From Candidatus Omnitrophota bacterium (GTDB lineage: Bacteria; Omnitrophota; Gorgyraeia; VGKN01), in the NCBI GenBank assembly GCA_043800345.1, contig JAZDNB010000009.1, positions 27,340 through 91,339 of the forward strand: DNA of 64,000 nucleotides, written 5' to 3'. A program made the position numbers and the translations under genes. The notes beneath the pieces were generated by a model. That model did no database searches and was not told the origin of the DNA. It saw only the letters and a list, made by a program, of their open reading frames with translations. The stretch's first letter is position 1. Each line of letters starts with the position of its first letter. Of this stretch, positions 30,201-33,200 are shown piece by piece.

Positions 30201-33200
30201 TTAAACACAACCCAATGGTACCGATATGTCGCATATACGCTTTATTTCCTATCTCAGATGATACGTCGGTCAGAAGGAAGGACTCTCGATCAACCCGGGT
30301 TGTATATCTTAGTTGACGGCAGACCCGAGGATAAGGCACTGCCCGTAGGAGCGGGGCTCAGTTCTTCGGCGGCATTAGACGTTGCAGTTTCAATCGCCTT
30401 CCTTGGGTTAACCGGAAGAAAACTTACCGCAAGCCAGATTACGGCTGCCTGCCAGGAAGCAGAGCATGCCTTAGGTTTCCCCTGCGGAGCACAGGATCCG
30501 TTCGGGGCTATGCGCGGTTGGCTTCCCGGCGCAGAGCCGGATAAAATGTACGGACAGCTTATGGACTGTCTGCCAATGGTGGATGCAGGCGGTAGGCCTG
30601 TTTTTAATGCAGAACTTGTAGAGCTACCACCAGGACTTAATGCCGTATTAATAAATACAGGCGCAAAGAGCCCAAGATGGCCGCTTGAATTTTCCGCAAG
30701 AGTTGCCGAAGGAATGCTGGGTACGTTTATGTTAGCGCATATGTTACGTCAGAGATTCCAGACTCAGTTTGACGGACTTCTCAGAGAAGGCGATATGGAG
30801 GAAAGATACTATAGCGATGAAGCAAGCGGTGTCAGGGTAAAACCCGAAAATGCGGGAACATTCCCCTTATTTTATAAACCTTTCCTTGTTTCTTTTCCGG
30901 AACTAAGAAGACTGGGAATAGATATAAGCGAAAGAGAGCTGGCGCATATGATAGATATGCTGCCAAAAGATATGACCAAGGCGCAACTGGTAAAGATTCT
31001 GGGATGGTTACTGTATAACGATCTTTTTGCTTTAGGCGGGCTTAAAGAAGAAAATGTCGATGCTGTGTTTACGATGCTTGCAAAAGGCATTGAGGCAAGT
31101 TTCGACGGCAAAGACTTCGAAAGAGAACGATTGGAAGAGCTAAAAGCTGCGATTAGAAATGAACTAAAAGCGCAGGTAAGCATGCAGGAATTAGAACCTC
31201 CGTCTGCGTCAGTAACAGTTTTTGAAGAATCAAAAGTAGCGAAAGCCTCAGAAGTAGAAGAGAAAGATATAAGAGGCGTAATAAGGGATGATCACGATAG
31301 GCTTTATTCCGAAGCAATGGGGGAGGCATTGGCATTGAGGGCCGTAACCCAGCCCACCAATGTGGTTATATGTCTTACTACGTATGAAAGCGCGGAGTTT
31401 ATAGAACGAACACTCGATGAAATCATGAAAGAAATAAAATACTTCCCCAATTTTTACCGTGTTCAGATATTTGTGTCTCCAAACGGACCGGGATGTAATG
31501 AGATAACAAGCCGAATACAAGAATTTTTCCGCACCAGGGCGCCCGGTTTTGCTTCCCGTGTTTCTGTCTTGCCGCTTACCTTGGGAGGACAAATGTATGC
31601 ACAGCAGTCGATGGTCAAGACGATTAAGGCGCATCCAAAATTTTTCGGGGAAAATCCGATGTTATTATGGATAGAAGATGATGTAAGATTTCTAGACGGT
31701 TCTCTCTATAAAGTTGCGGAAACGTTAAGGACACAGACGATAGAAAAACGCCAGGCCCTCCTTGTAGGGTGCCGCAAAGTCAGGCTTAATCCGGAATCGG
31801 TAAGACAAAAACCGCAAGGGATTTTAAGAAGAATTATGGGCTCAGTCCTTAACGGCAGCGAAAATGAGGATTCGCTCACCAGGACACAACACCTTTCGCG
31901 GGCTATCCCTTCCATGACAGGTTCGAACCTGGCGTTATGGGCTGATGCATGGCCTCTTCGAACATACGATGCGCTTCTCTATAATAAGGTTGGCATTTAT
32001 CCCGATACCGTGCTGCTCAATCTCTTTCATCACTCGGTTCCCGAAGCGGGCATGCGTACCATACCGGTTGAAGATGCAGTAGTATATCAACTTTCGTCGA
32101 GTTCCTTTAGTGAGCGTTTGAGCCGTGAGACAGCTCCCCGCTCAAGAGAAAATTATTTTCCTGTAAGACACGGAAGGATTCTTATAAGCGGTACTCCTCA
32201 TCCGCTTGACTCACTGAAAACGCGTATAACAGTTTTCCTGCGCTACCTCGTCTATGCATACCTGACCGAGCCAACGAGGCGCCGCATAACAAGATCCGGT
32301 TTGACAAAAAGTATAGAAGAAGCCACCTGGACAAGGGCGCAAGAAACATTGGATTGGTCTGACAAAAATACGGATGTCATTCAAGTCAGAACCCTGGATT
32401 CTCATAGACCCGAACATCGTATCCTGCAAGAAGGGATTACTTTTACACAACAACTGTTAGCATATAAATATGCTAGAGAAGATAGGATGGTGCAGGGAGG
32501 AGAAAGATTTGGCATACGTGCAAAGGAAATAGAAAACTCGCCAGCTGCAACATTAGCTATACGGGTTATGAACAAAACACTTAGCCGCCTTAGGAGGGAA
32601 TATCCTCACTCCCGATATAGTGTCGATGACTATAAGCATCTTTTGGCGTATTCTGTACTTGCGCAAGGCTCGCCAAGCGAGATCAGGGCGTTTAAGGTAT
32701 TTTTATTGTCAGGGATGAGTGCAAAAGCAATGAAAAAACGTATTGTCGAAATGCTGAAAAATGGTTTATATGACCTGGTAGAACGCGAAATTCTAAATAT
32801 AGTGGATGCCGATACTATAGATGATGTTCTTCCTTATACGATAGCATATGATAATACTATTTCGCCCAAAAAACGCATAGAGATACTGCTTACCTATCTT
32901 ACTACGGGACAACTGCTTTATAAGGCGGAAGAATTAATCCCTGAAAGATTAGCGCAATCGTATGCAGATATATATAATCAATATACGAACCCTTCAGGGA
33001 AGTGGTTATTTAAAACTACCGATGCGGTATCGTGCGCGCGGCTCTTTAAAGCAAAGCGGCGTATCGCCAAAGGTAACATGGCAGCGGTTGAAAAGTTAAA
33101 CAGAGAGTTTATCCGAGGGTATTACCAGCTTAACCCAAGACAGCGAGCGCAATTAAGTTTGGCACTTCTTAATGAAGAAAACCCGCAATTGTTAGAGCGG